In this document: positions 9,801 through 18,490 of the stretch, in pieces | Position numbering within the stretch: position 1 is the stretch's first letter | Layout: every line of letters starts with the position of its first letter | Source of the DNA: a virus | IMG/VR virus record: IMGVR_UViG_3300032893_000002 | Location: 46,668 to 110,667 of that record | Strand: one strand, 5' to 3' | Length of the DNA stretch: 64,000 nucleotides | Program-made: the position numbers and the translations under genes | The notes under the pieces: model-generated | Database searches by the model: none | What the model saw: only the letters and a program-made list of their open reading frames with translations | Told to the model about the DNA's origin: nothing

Positions 9801-11484
9801 ATTCTGGAATACATCAACAAGTCCAGAAACTGTACTTGTTAGTAGTTGGGTACAACCTATCAGTCAGCCTTATCCGTATACAAAGGCTTTACAGACTGCA
9901 AACCAACAAGCGGCGATTTGGAATATATCGACGCAACCTGAAACAGTATTAGTTTCTAGTTGGGTACAACCTCAAAGTCAACCGTATCCATATAAACGAG
10001 CAGAGTTAACAGCTAATCAACCAGCCGCTTTCTGGAATACATCAACAAGTCCAGAAACGATTACTGTAGATAAATGGCTGCCTGTTTATCCGCAACCATT
10101 TCCTGTTAAACAGTACATATTAACTGCCAATCAACAAGCATTCTTCTGGCAACCAAATACGCCAGGAGATTTTAGCTATTTATACCATTGGGAGCCTGTA
10201 TACCCACAACCGTTCCCGGTAAAGAGATACTTACAGACAGCTAATGTACCAGCATTCTTCTGGAACACATCGACGCAACCGGAAAGTGTACTCGTTTCAA
10301 GTTGGGTACAATCGCAGAGTCAACCATATTCTTACAAGCCGTATCGTCCGGCTTCGTTATACCAGAGCACGTTCTATGCTCCATTCGTATCAGAAAATGT
10401 TCAAGTAAGTAGTTGGGTTCAAGCACAATCACAACCAAGAATTCAACAAACTACTATTGCTTCTCAGACAAGTTTCTTCTGGGGAGAAACAACTTCTGAT
10501 GCGGGAACATGGTATCCTGTCGTTTCACAGCAGCAAGTTAAGATATTTGCGCGTGCTGTATATGAACCTGCTGTTAGCTGGAATCCAAATACTCCAGTTC
10601 AAGTTACCCTTGACTGGCTGGCGGTTTCGGAACAACAGCTAACGAAACGCAACATACAGCAATATGCTTCTGTATTCTGGAATGCATCTACCGCTCCAGA
10701 AACTGTATTTATTTCTAGCTGGGAACCTGTTATTGCGCAACCAGTATTTACAAAACCTGCGCAATATCAAGCATTATTCTGGAGTGGATTTACACCTTCG
10801 CAACAAGTTGTTATACTAGATTGGGATACTGTATATCCGCAACCTGCTAAGCAGAGATTTGCAGCGAGCGTATATTCATATTCGATTCAAATCCATACTC
10901 CAGTTATTCAAATTGCTACGGCTGATTATCCAGACCAAATTCCTGGAAGACAGTATCTTACAGCAAATCAGCAAGCAACGTTCTGGGATCCGAATACAAC
11001 ATTCGGAGAAACTGTACTTGTTAGTAGTTGGGTGCAGCCTCAATCTCAACCGTATCCTTATACGCCATACAGTCCGGCGAGCGTGTATCCTGTTGTCTTC
11101 TGGAATACATCAATTAATCCAGAGACTGTATTTGTATCTAGTTGGATACAGCCAATTGAGCAGCCTTATCCGTTCGTTAAGGCTTTGCAACCAACAGAAC
11201 AATTAACGGCAGTATGGAGTACATTTACTCCGCCGCCACCAGTTGCTCCTGATTTTGGATGGTATCAGCAAGTTGTTCAGCCTTATCCACATTCGCGCTT
11301 CCTAGAAGCCTTACAGCAAAGCGTTACGGGCAGTAACTTCCCATTGCCTAATGCCGTAACGCAATTTGTTCAAGGAACTGGATTCGTAACGCAAGTTGTA
11401 AATGTACAAGGTTCGATAGAAAATACTGCTGCCGCTACTGGATCAATAACGACTATTAGCGGCACGGGGTCAGTAGACCAATAA
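6832..11484 (+). CDS. Giant 1550-aa P/Q/W-rich tandem-repeat protein
   Basis: More than 25 copies of a ~37-aa unit ETVxVSSWVQPQSQPYPYK...LTANQQAxFWNTSTxP. Coupled to the upstream gene by TAATG. Confidence 0.7.
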   Translation: MYRQYQYDVFTEGLPPAPEVVEASSWVQPQSQPIPNNFVSKLKAGVVAALVASGIFYTALAPQVVTASGISADCSFFVINRSYAAQIASGVYSVPFVPAAAAAAGGSGASQQLLSLKARGTQAHLQTSTFWSAFTPSAPSQGGGFSAETIRLRFQRRFASQSPSVFWNTFTPATAITPVIAPCAEYPDSFYKKRYLTEALDSSDGQAVIGTLPPSIQTAVGGAQGKSTVIRINRSYAAQIASGEVFVPVVAAPTPTGWLGDQNQLPRGKQSLAVAEQQAVFFTALAPQVVTASGISADCSFFVINRSYAYTSPSVFWNPNTPVLPPTGWLGDQNQPLPIRKGLAAGAQQYSPGVVQAGSTPSTFGLVCAEKQQVSQRYLAANQQAVFYTSFVQVSVLNWLPSYPDFFKPKFSAGLYIYSTQANVPVEQLASADYPDWIAGKKYLTSNQQAAFGPLSTSPETVFVSSWAQPQSQPYPYRRSLQTAQQIAVFWNTSTQPEVVESASWYPTYPQPFPTKPYLSTASQQYYFFGKQVAQEYLVGNTPVSQPSFKQRAVAVYEPASNFIFTPAQTFNAWLPAYPDKVYSRPYLLAAQQQAVFGPLSTDQETVFVSSYVQPQSQPYPYKRSLLTAQQQATFWNTSTATETVLVSSWVQPQSQPYPYRKAQLTANQQALFWNTSTQPETVFESSWQGVQSPALLNRKVQQPDSLSFVSDINLATVVLPDRRVTVPAIAVYLPCSTWLAQPTTQVFLDWQQPQSQPLSTRRIQPVDVVTVVPQHIGLDWQPVYPDAVIGRRFLTADQQWLAWNTSTQSETVFESSWQGITWQPWPAKCYLSAAQQQAFFWQPNTPGDFTFLLHWEPIYPQPFPKKLYPAAAQQQAVFWNTSTQPETVLVSSWVQPQSQPYPYKPYRPAALYPSVFWNTSTAPETVFVSSYVQPQTQPYPYKKAIQPCEQLTFVWEEATADEVSIDWVQPQSQPYSYRKVLTTAEQQATFWNTSTSPETVLVSSWVQPISQPYPYTKALQTANQQAAIWNISTQPETVLVSSWVQPQSQPYPYKRAELTANQPAAFWNTSTSPETITVDKWLPVYPQPFPVKQYILTANQQAFFWQPNTPGDFSYLYHWEPVYPQPFPVKRYLQTANVPAFFWNTSTQPESVLVSSWVQSQSQPYSYKPYRPASLYQSTFYAPFVSENVQVSSWVQAQSQPRIQQTTIASQTSFFWGETTSDAGTWYPVVSQQQVKIFARAVYEPAVSWNPNTPVQVTLDWLAVSEQQLTKRNIQQYASVFWNASTAPETVFISSWEPVIAQPVFTKPAQYQALFWSGFTPSQQVVILDWDTVYPQPAKQRFAASVYSYSIQIHTPVIQIATADYPDQIPGRQYLTANQQATFWDPNTTFGETVLVSSWVQPQSQPYPYTPYSPASVYPVVFWNTSINPETVFVSSWIQPIEQPYPFVKALQPTEQLTAVWSTFTPPPPVAPDFGWYQQVVQPYPHSRFLEALQQSVTGSNFPLPNAVTQFVQGTGFVTQVVNVQGSIENTAAATGSITTISGTGSVDQ
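7002..7082 (+). repeat. 81-bp direct repeat, copy 1 (identical copy at 7677..7757)
   Basis: Identical nucleotide strings encoding TALAPQVVTASGISADCSFFVINRSYA, 675 bp apart and in frame within the giant repeat gene. Confidence 0.75.
7677..7757 (+). repeat. 81-bp direct repeat, copy 2
   Basis: Same sequence as 7002..7082. Confidence 0.75.
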
Positions 11485-11485
11485 G

Positions 11486-11680
11486 ATGCCAACCTTCGCC
11501 GCTATTTTAGCTGTTCTGGATGCAATGGCTAGAGGAAAACTTACGCTACATCCTTCATTAGAGGGAGCCGTAAGTTTTGTTTATGCTCCGCCATCGCAAA
11601 TCTATGTTCAACAAAGTTATCCGACACAGCAGATTGTTATAGAAGCATCCAGTACGTGCTGTGTGTCGTTTGGAGGGTAG
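11486..11680 (+). CDS. Small hypothetical protein (64 aa)
   Basis: ORF ends with TAG and is followed, in the same frame, by the next gene. No motif recognised. Confidence 0.3.
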   Translation: MPTFAAILAVLDAMARGKLTLHPSLEGAVSFVYAPPSQIYVQQSYPTQQIVIEASSTCCVSFGG

Positions 11681-12097
11681 ATGAAAAGATTTATCATGTT
11701 TGTAGTAATCGTATTCGCAATTTTTTCGTTAGGGGCAGTTCAGCCTAGCATTCTAGGATTACCAAATTCTGTAACAACGTTACCGATAAACGTAAATACT
11801 AGCGGCGATGTACAGCTTATTGCTGCTGTAGCAAACCAAGCGATTTATGTTACGCATTATCATATTGTTTCCAGCGGGACGACTACATTTCAATTTGATT
11901 ATGGTACTGGATCAAATTGTGGCACTGGAACGACTCCAATTGATGGACCAATGTCTTTCATTGCTACAACAGGAATTTCTGCTGGAATAGGTTTCGGTGC
12001 TGTTATTGTTGTACCTCCAGGTAATGCGTTATGTATAAATCTAGGTACTAGTAGCGTACAAGTTGGCGGATCAATTTCGTATCAGCAAGGAAATTAG
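11681..12097 (+). CDS. Secreted or membrane-anchored beta-rich protein
   Basis: N-terminal hydrophobic signal/anchor MKRFIMFVVIVFAIFSLGAV. GGAGGG just upstream. G/S/T-rich body. Confidence 0.4.
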   Translation: MKRFIMFVVIVFAIFSLGAVQPSILGLPNSVTTLPINVNTSGDVQLIAAVANQAIYVTHYHIVSSGTTTFQFDYGTGSNCGTGTTPIDGPMSFIATTGISAGIGFGAVIVVPPGNALCINLGTSSVQVGGSISYQQGN

Positions 12098-12098
12098 T

Positions 12099-12410
12099 AT
12101 GAAATTTCGATATCTACTATTATTTCTATTGCTTAATCAATATTCATTTGCGAGCCGTCAAATAGTTTTAACTTGGAATACCTCCGATGGTGCTATAACA
12201 TATAATATTTATCGAGGAACAGATTGTTCTTCGCTTTCATTAGTATCGACAGGCGTTGCAATTACAACATGGACAGATACAGATGTATTAAGAGGGCAAC
12301 AGTATTGCTATGCTGTTACAGCAGTCAATTCTAATGGAGAAAGCGCATACAGTAATACGTATTTAATTCGTATCCCAATGTCAAATTTAACGATGATGGG
12401 GAGTGGCTAG
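12099..12410 (+). CDS. Secreted fibronectin type III (FN3) domain protein
   Basis: Signal peptide MKFRYLLLFLLL. FN3 signature LTWNTSDGAITYNIYRG...YCYAVTAVNSNGES. AAGGAAA RBS. Confidence 0.55.
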   Translation: MKFRYLLLFLLLNQYSFASRQIVLTWNTSDGAITYNIYRGTDCSSLSLVSTGVAITTWTDTDVLRGQQYCYAVTAVNSNGESAYSNTYLIRIPMSNLTMMGSG

Positions 12411-13392
12411 AATGTCAGCTATAGTTTCACCACCTGTATCATTTACATTTAGAGCTTTACAGCAAGCCCTTCTTAGCTGGACACTTACTGACCAAAATGG
12501 TAATCCCATCTCCGGAGCTACTGTAAATGCAACACTATATGAAAATTTAAATCTTCAAAATCCTACTGACTATCCAGGTACGCCTGTTGCAGGATTTACA
12601 AATGTTAACTTAGTTGAGACTCCAGCAGCTTCCGGAATTTATGTAGCAACTCTTCCTGCTACGATTAATCCAGATCCGGCAACGATGGGATTTATAACTG
12701 TTATTGTTGCGACTTCGGGCAGTACACCTCTTGGTACATGGAATATTCCGACAGTTATAGTCCCAGCTTCAAATACAATCGACTTAACAACTTTAAGCGA
12801 TGTTAAAGCTTGGCTCGGAATTCCCACTGTTAATACAGATAATGACGAAGTAATTCAAGCGTTGATTACAGGATTTAGTCAATACGTTATCAACCGCACT
12901 GGTGTTGCATCATTTAATTCCATCAATCAATATATAGAGATTTACGATGGTAACGGTTCCCAAAGATTATTCTTAAGGAATTATCCAATTACAGCAATTA
13001 TATCTGTGTTGATAGGTTCTTACTCAGTTCCGCTTTCCTCTGCGGTGAATGCGCCAGGAATATTTATAGAGCAACTGAAACGTTCTATTGCATTTAGAGC
13101 CGGCAGCGTAGGTTGGTTTCCATCAGCAGGGTTATTTCCTTATACTTTTGCTCCTGGTATCGGCAATATTCAAGTTACGTATACAGCGGGATTTGCGCAA
13201 GTTCCCTACGATCTACAAGAAGCTTGTTTCAAGGCTGTTGCTATAAATTATACACGAAAGAGTACAATTGATCAAGGCAGTAAAACATTAAGTGCGTCAG
13301 GTGGAGGGACAGGAACCGTTGCATTTAGAGCATGGGCATTGCCCCCAGAAATTGAGCGCGTCATAATGTATTACTCGCGATACGGTAAGTAA
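12403..13392 (+). CDS. Head-tail connector (gp6/HK97-like) domain protein with N-terminal extension
   Basis: LSDVKAWLGIPTVNTDNDEVIQALITGFSQYVINRTG matches the head-tail connector signature (VK..LRID..D..I..LI.AA..Y.E..TGR). Confidence 0.5.
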   Translation: MARMSAIVSPPVSFTFRALQQALLSWTLTDQNGNPISGATVNATLYENLNLQNPTDYPGTPVAGFTNVNLVETPAASGIYVATLPATINPDPATMGFITVIVATSGSTPLGTWNIPTVIVPASNTIDLTTLSDVKAWLGIPTVNTDNDEVIQALITGFSQYVINRTGVASFNSINQYIEIYDGNGSQRLFLRNYPITAIISVLIGSYSVPLSSAVNAPGIFIEQLKRSIAFRAGSVGWFPSAGLFPYTFAPGIGNIQVTYTAGFAQVPYDLQEACFKAVAINYTRKSTIDQGSKTLSASGGGTGTVAFRAWALPPEIERVIMYYSRYGK

Positions 13393-13493
13393 TGATTTTT
13401 AATAAATCCAAATCCAATGATACTCAGACATTCCCGTCGGCCCAGCAACGCGCAATTGGGTAGGTAAACCGGGCTTACTTAAGGTATAAAACA

Positions 13494-13988
13494 ATGTCCT
13501 TTAGACTTGATTTTAATGGATCAGACGTGAAGTTCCTTAACTTCCTAGCAGGATATTCTTCACGTTTGTCAGCTTCATTAGAAGATCGTATGTCGCAGCT
13601 TATGGATAAGCTAAGACAAAAGATTGTAGGCGAAAAGTTAGCCGGAGAATACTTAAATAGAAGAACAGGCAGATTAGCAGATAGCTTTGGAACGCCAGTT
13701 ATTGATCGTAGTAGCGATTCTGTTATTACAGGAGACATTCAAGGTGCGGGCGGAGATGCCTCTTATGGACAGATATATGAAAGAGGCGGAACGTCTGCTT
13801 ATCTTATTCGTCCTGTAAATAAGAAAGCGTTGCTGTTTATGATCGCAGGGAAAGAGCAGTTTGCTCATTTAATACTTCACCCTCCGGCCAAACAACGAGC
13901 TTTTTTAACATCTGCTATTGATGATATGGAAGAAGAATTTCGAGAAGGAATTCGAGAATGTGTAATGGGAGATTTTACAAATGGGTAG
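13494..13988 (+). CDS. Hypothetical, positionally head-tail joining protein
   Basis: Lies between the connector-like gene and the major tail protein. No motif recognised. Confidence 0.3.
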   Translation: MSFRLDFNGSDVKFLNFLAGYSSRLSASLEDRMSQLMDKLRQKIVGEKLAGEYLNRRTGRLADSFGTPVIDRSSDSVITGDIQGAGGDASYGQIYERGGTSAYLIRPVNKKALLFMIAGKEQFAHLILHPPAKQRAFLTSAIDDMEEEFREGIRECVMGDFTNG

Positions 13989-14478
13989 TGCAGCAAGTTT
14001 AATTGCGCCCGGATTAAGACCTCTACCGCATGCAACGCGGCAGCAAGTTTTTACAGCTCTTTTCAACTTTTTAACAAACCTTCCAGCACCTACGGGAACG
14101 CGCTGGAATACGCAGTCTCAATACTTGACTTTATGGGATGATGTTCCACAAGCAAATCAGCCAGCTTGGTTTTTGTATCGCGGTCCGCAGAACTTTACGC
14201 AGAAGCATGTCTTTGGAGTACAAAAACTACTTTGGCGTGTTTCTATATTTATCTATTTTCGAACAGACGGATATAAATCACAGAATTTTTATCCAGATCA
14301 AATAACAGATCAAATTCTAGATAATCTAGAACAGCTATTTCAGACCGAAGCTCGTGACGGAAGACAAACTCTGGGCGGCACAGTTTGGCATTGCTGGATC
14401 GAAGGGAATATTGTTACAGATCCGGGACTTGTTGATGGGCAAGCCGTAATCGTATGCCCGATAAACATCCTTTTATAA
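13981..14478 (+). CDS. Hypothetical, positionally tail completion/terminator protein
   Basis: Position only; overlaps the upstream gene. Confidence 0.3.
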   Translation: MGSAASLIAPGLRPLPHATRQQVFTALFNFLTNLPAPTGTRWNTQSQYLTLWDDVPQANQPAWFLYRGPQNFTQKHVFGVQKLLWRVSIFIYFRTDGYKSQNFYPDQITDQILDNLEQLFQTEARDGRQTLGGTVWHCWIEGNIVTDPGLVDGQAVIVCPINILL

Positions 14479-14482
14479 GATT

Positions 14483-14511
14483 TTGCTTTGATTCTAGTAG
14501 TAAGTTATTAT
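14483..14511 (+). promoter_or_regulatory. Sigma70-like promoter candidate upstream of major tail gene
   Basis: TTGCTT-N17-TATTAT in an AT-rich 185-bp intergenic region. Strong AAGGAG RBS at ~14651. Confidence 0.35.
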
Positions 14512-14664
14512 AAAATTACTTTGCTACACATGTGAAAAACTAGTTACGGAGTAGCAAAAAGATTAAAAGTTTCTACAGCCTGTCAGTAGATTATTTAACA
14601 AACCATGGTTAGTTTTACAAATCTACAAAGAAATTAGTATAATTTCTAAAGGAGTTACAAGAAA

Positions 14665-15414
14665 ATGGCTGTAATTGAGTTCGGTACAGGTCTCTTGTAC
14701 GGCGTCCCGACATCAGGCAATCTGCCTACCAATCCTACTCCCATAAGACTGCTCTTACAGGAAGTATCGGTTGATTTCAAAGGCGATTTGAAGAAACTTT
14801 ATACTTTATACCAGTTGCCGATCGCAACTGCTAGAGGTAAAATCGACGTAGCTGGAAAGGCGAAGATCGTTAACTATGATCCAGATCCTATCAACCAGCT
14901 CTTTTGGGCACAGTCAATTTCACCAGGTATTGAAGTTCCTGTAGACCAAGAATTATCAACAGCGAATACGACATATACAGTTGTTAATGGTGCGACCTTT
15001 GCGCAAGATCGCGGCGTAACATATGCAACTGGAACAAAAGCAGGGCAAGTATTGCTTGCAAATACAACTGCTGCTGCTGTAGGTTACTACGCAGTTAACA
15101 CAACATCTGGTCAGTATACTTTTAACGCTGCAGATAGCACTACTGCAATGTATATCAGTTATACATATACCAATTCGACACGCGGTAAGACAATTTCTCT
15201 TTCTTCACAGGTTATGGGCTATGCTCCAGTTTGTACAATGGACGTTTGGGGTACGTTCCGTAACAAAGTGCTTGGAATTCGCCTTAACGCTTGCACACTT
15301 GGTCAATGGACCTATCCGACGAAGCTGGAAGACTTCTGGATGTCAGATATTACATTTGACGCTAATTTAGATGCCAGCAACAATTTGGGAAAAATTTTTG
15401 CTGACACCTTTTAA
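14665..15414 (+). CDS. Putative major tail (tube) protein
   Basis: 249 aa, own promoter and strong RBS, upstream of chaperone and tape measure genes. S/T-rich Ig-like C-terminal part. Confidence 0.45.
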   Translation: MAVIEFGTGLLYGVPTSGNLPTNPTPIRLLLQEVSVDFKGDLKKLYTLYQLPIATARGKIDVAGKAKIVNYDPDPINQLFWAQSISPGIEVPVDQELSTANTTYTVVNGATFAQDRGVTYATGTKAGQVLLANTTAAAVGYYAVNTTSGQYTFNAADSTTAMYISYTYTNSTRGKTISLSSQVMGYAPVCTMDVWGTFRNKVLGIRLNACTLGQWTYPTKLEDFWMSDITFDANLDASNNLGKIFADTF

Positions 15415-15498
15415 ATCAATAAGTTACGCCTTCTACTTAAAGTTACTTTTTTTGTAGATATTTGCTGACACTTATTAGAAGATATAATAATTTAGCAC

Positions 15499-15528
15499 TT
15501 GACTTCCAAGGATTGGTTTTAATATAAT
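15499..15528 (+). promoter_or_regulatory. Near-consensus sigma70-like promoter
   Basis: TTGACT-N18-TATAAT followed immediately by GGAGG. Confidence 0.45.
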
Positions 15529-15536
15529 GCCAATTC

Positions 15537-16451
15537 TTGGAGGTCATTTTATTGACTACAACACGACTTTCACATAAACAGCTAATCGAAAAAATTCGTA
15601 AAAACTTAACAAATTTCAATCCTGTACAAAAATGCGATCCCAAAAAAGGTAAAACATATGAGGAGTATTATGGACAGGAAGATGCAAAACTTATACGAGA
15701 GAAGATGCGTGATTCGCATCTTGGGCAAGAGCCAGGTAACAAAGGCAAACCTTCTCCATTTAAAAACAAAACTTATGAAGAAATAGGCAGAGGTCCAAGT
15801 CCGTTACTAGGACGCGAGCGACCACAAGAAGATCGAGATAAAATTAGTAAAGGTCATTTACTAAGATTAGGTAAAGATAAACCTTCGGAAGAGCGTGATG
15901 GACCACTCACCAGCAGATGGCGCGAGCAGGTTAAGAAACGAGATAACTATACATGTCAATGCTGTGGAGTTAAGCAAGAAGAATTGCTAAGAATAGTTGG
16001 AGATATTACATCGTGGCTTCATGCGCATCATATAAAATCTTGGGCAGAATTTCCAGAGCTTAGGTTTGAAGTATCAAATGGAATTACGCTTTGTTGGCCT
16101 TGCCACTTAAACGTCGAAGGCAAACAGATTAGCTGTCCAGAGCCGCCTCTGCAACAAGTCAAAGTCAAAAACATCAAGACTAGAGGTAAAACGCTAGAAG
16201 AAGTTTATGGATTAGAACGTGCCGCAGAGATAAAGCAACGGCTAAGGCAAAGTCATTTAGGTAAGCCAACAGGGAGAAAAGGCGTTAAGCGTCCTGGAAT
16301 AGGCGGCCGCAAAAAAGGAAGTATTCCACATAATAAAGGGAAGACGAATATCGAAATTTATGGAGTTGAAAAGGCTAAACAGCTAAGTTTAATTGCTGCA
16401 GAGAATGCGCGAGTAAATAGGAATAGATTAGGTACAGGCATTTTTCAATGA
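15537..16451 (+). CDS. Free-standing HNH homing endonuclease (likely starts at TTG 15552)
   Basis: HNH motif CQCCGVK...HAHHIKSWAEF...NGITLCWPCH. Repeated basic K/R-G modules. Confidence 0.7.
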   Translation: MEVILLTTTRLSHKQLIEKIRKNLTNFNPVQKCDPKKGKTYEEYYGQEDAKLIREKMRDSHLGQEPGNKGKPSPFKNKTYEEIGRGPSPLLGRERPQEDRDKISKGHLLRLGKDKPSEERDGPLTSRWREQVKKRDNYTCQCCGVKQEELLRIVGDITSWLHAHHIKSWAEFPELRFEVSNGITLCWPCHLNVEGKQISCPEPPLQQVKVKNIKTRGKTLEEVYGLERAAEIKQRLRQSHLGKPTGRKGVKRPGIGGRKKGSIPHNKGKTNIEIYGVEKAKQLSLIAAENARVNRNRLGTGIFQ

Positions 16452-17116
16452 ACTGGCAAGATATTCCAATATTCATTAATAATTGTAATCATCTCGATAT
16501 CGGCTTTCGGCATCTCGTCGATTGGTTAGTTAAGTCAGGAAGTAAACGAATAGAGGTGATTGATAATGCATCTACATATCCAGCTCTTTTATATTACTAC
16601 CAGAAAGAATGTCCTGTAAGAGTTACGCGAATGATGCGTAATTTGGGTCCTCAAGCATTTTGGCATGGACATTTTAATTCCGAATTTAAAGATGGCGATT
16701 ATTACGTAGTTACAGATTCAGATGTTGTTCCTGCGCAAGAATGTCCTTTTGATTTAGTTGACAAACTTGTCAATGTATTTGAAAAATACGATATTAAGCA
16801 TTGTACAAAAGTTGGTCCGGGAATTCGAATTGATAATCTGCCTGATCATTATGCTCGCAAAGCTGATGTAATTAGACACGAATCACAATTTTGGAAAACA
16901 CTAGTAGATGAGAATTTATATGACGGAGCTGTAGATACGACATTTGGTTTGTATAGAACAAAAGCATTTGTCGAACCCGGTCCTCCACAATTCCGCTTAG
17001 GTTTTCCATATGTTATTGAGCATAGACCTTGGTATATAGATAGCAACAACAGGCATATAGAAGACGAATACTATGCTGCGCATATTAATCGAAGTTGGAG
17101 TTGTTGGAGTAGATAA
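16448..17116 (+). CDS. Hypothetical, possible DxD glycosyltransferase-like protein
   Basis: YYVVTDSDVVP DxD-like motif. Sits in the glycosyltransferase block. Confidence 0.3.
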   Translation: MNWQDIPIFINNCNHLDIGFRHLVDWLVKSGSKRIEVIDNASTYPALLYYYQKECPVRVTRMMRNLGPQAFWHGHFNSEFKDGDYYVVTDSDVVPAQECPFDLVDKLVNVFEKYDIKHCTKVGPGIRIDNLPDHYARKADVIRHESQFWKTLVDENLYDGAVDTTFGLYRTKAFVEPGPPQFRLGFPYVIEHRPWYIDSNNRHIEDEYYAAHINRSWSCWSR

Positions 17117-17131
17117 ATCTTTATAAAAAAC

Positions 17132-17159
17132 TTGACATTAGCAAGTAAGTCAATATAAA
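17132..17159 (+). promoter_or_regulatory. Sigma70-like promoter candidate
   Basis: TTGACA-N16-TATAAA, ~130 nt upstream of 17292. The leader contains inverted repeats. Confidence 0.35.
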
Positions 17160-17291
17160 ATCAACTCTTAGTCGACTTGCGGCGAGAACACGCTGGCCAG
17201 TAAAAGAGCTCTAAGTCTGGAGCTGAGCTACGCAGGTTGCAAATTTCTGTGGTAAATTCAATTATAAAATTCAAACAGATAGGAGTCGTAT

Positions 17292-17630
17292 ATGGATGCA
17301 TACGAATTTGGTAAAGTTTTAAAAGATAGTAATTTTGTTTTTGGTGCAGGTGCAGCAGAAGCTGCATGCGCGCTGCGTGAACTCGCTGATAAGCTTGAAC
17401 AAGAAACTGTGGTGATTCAAAGTTGTCGTGTTACGTCGGAAGTTAGCGACAACGAATTTGCCACAACCAAACTTGAATTATGTTTGTCAGAAAAACGAAA
17501 AAGACAAGTTGCTATTACGCCAGATAAATTGCATGAAATACAAACAATTACGAGTATGCCAATAGAACCGCCTTCGCAAGACTTTTTACAAAGTATCGAA
17601 ATTGCAGAGTCGTTAAAGTATAATCACTAA
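17292..17630 (+). CDS. Hypothetical acidic protein
   Basis: ORF with AGGAG RBS. No motif recognised. Confidence 0.35.
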   Translation: MDAYEFGKVLKDSNFVFGAGAAEAACALRELADKLEQETVVIQSCRVTSEVSDNEFATTKLELCLSEKRKRQVAITPDKLHEIQTITSMPIEPPSQDFLQSIEIAESLKYNH

Positions 17631-17635
17631 TTACA

Positions 17636-18487
17636 ATGTCGAAACTATTTCATAAAGAAGTAGCTTTTACAGATCGGCTGTCTATAGTATTTCCAACAAG
17701 GAATAGACCGAATAATATTCGGAGACTTTATCAATCCCTAGTAGATACTTGTACAGTGTTGCCTGAAGTAGTACTTTACATCGATGACGATGATAAAGTC
17801 AGTATGCCGGTAGCTAAGGAGTTAGGCATTGCTGCTATTCAGGGACCGCGACGAATGCTTGCCGAATGTTACAATGAAATAGCTTATACTACATCATCAG
17901 ATTTAATTATGTATGCAGCAGATGATTTAGTATTTAGAACCAAAGATTGGGATTCAGCAGTACGACAGGTATTTAATAGGCAAGAAGATAAAATTCTTGT
18001 TGTACATGGAGACGATAAAAGTCATGGCCATACAGAACATGCTACTCACGGAATTTTACATAGAAGATGGGCAGAAACAGTTGGTTACTTTCTGCCGCCC
18101 TACTTCGGTGCTTGGGTAGACAACTGGATTACTGCTGTAGCAAATGCGCTTGGTCGTCGAGTATATGTTCCGTTTGTTAACGAGCATATGCACTATACCG
18201 TACAGAAAGCGCCGTTAGATGCTACATACGAAGAATCGCGGCCAAGACAGAACGCGGATATAGAAAAGTATAAGAATTTGAAAAATAAACGTCTTGAAGA
18301 TATTCAAAAGCTTTGGGATGTGATGTCTGATAAAACAACATTAACTCCGGTACAGGATATAGTTCATGTTGTTCAAGAACGTAAATCTACAGCGTTAGCT
18401 TGTTGCCCTTCCTGTCAGGCTGTGTGCGTTGTAGTAACAAATGGCAGGAATCAATGTAATCAGTGTGGTAGACAATTTAATCCATAG
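17636..18487 (+). CDS. GT-A fold glycosyltransferase-like protein (paralog 2) with C-terminal zinc ribbon
   Basis: Motifs FPTRNRPNNIRRL...VVLYIDDDD...AADDLVF. C-terminal CCPSC...CNQCG. Confidence 0.5.
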   Translation: MSKLFHKEVAFTDRLSIVFPTRNRPNNIRRLYQSLVDTCTVLPEVVLYIDDDDKVSMPVAKELGIAAIQGPRRMLAECYNEIAYTTSSDLIMYAADDLVFRTKDWDSAVRQVFNRQEDKILVVHGDDKSHGHTEHATHGILHRRWAETVGYFLPPYFGAWVDNWITAVANALGRRVYVPFVNEHMHYTVQKAPLDATYEESRPRQNADIEKYKNLKNKRLEDIQKLWDVMSDKTTLTPVQDIVHVVQERKSTALACCPSCQAVCVVVTNGRNQCNQCGRQFNP

Positions 18488-18490
18488 AAA

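Noticed and set aside
7221-11206. Short ORFs in other frames inside the 1550-aa repeat gene (7221, 8398, 9272, 9380, 10241, 10457, 10859)
   Set aside because: They are embedded in a long uninterrupted frame with a strong repeat structure and have no RBS.
11678-11680. TAG separating two same-frame ORFs, as evidence of amber recoding
   Set aside because: The downstream ORF has its own GGAGGG RBS and starts with a signal-peptide-like segment. No other gene is split by in-frame TAG. It could still be suppressed at low level but is not evidence of genome-wide recoding.
15418-15470. Possible terminator after the major tail gene
   Set aside because: A T-run is present, but the preceding stem (tctac...gtaga) encloses the T-run rather than preceding it. 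It is not a convincing intrinsic terminator.
17161-17367. Minus-strand 68-aa ORF
   Set aside because: It overlaps a plus-strand promoter and leader and the start of 17292..17630. There are no supporting signals.
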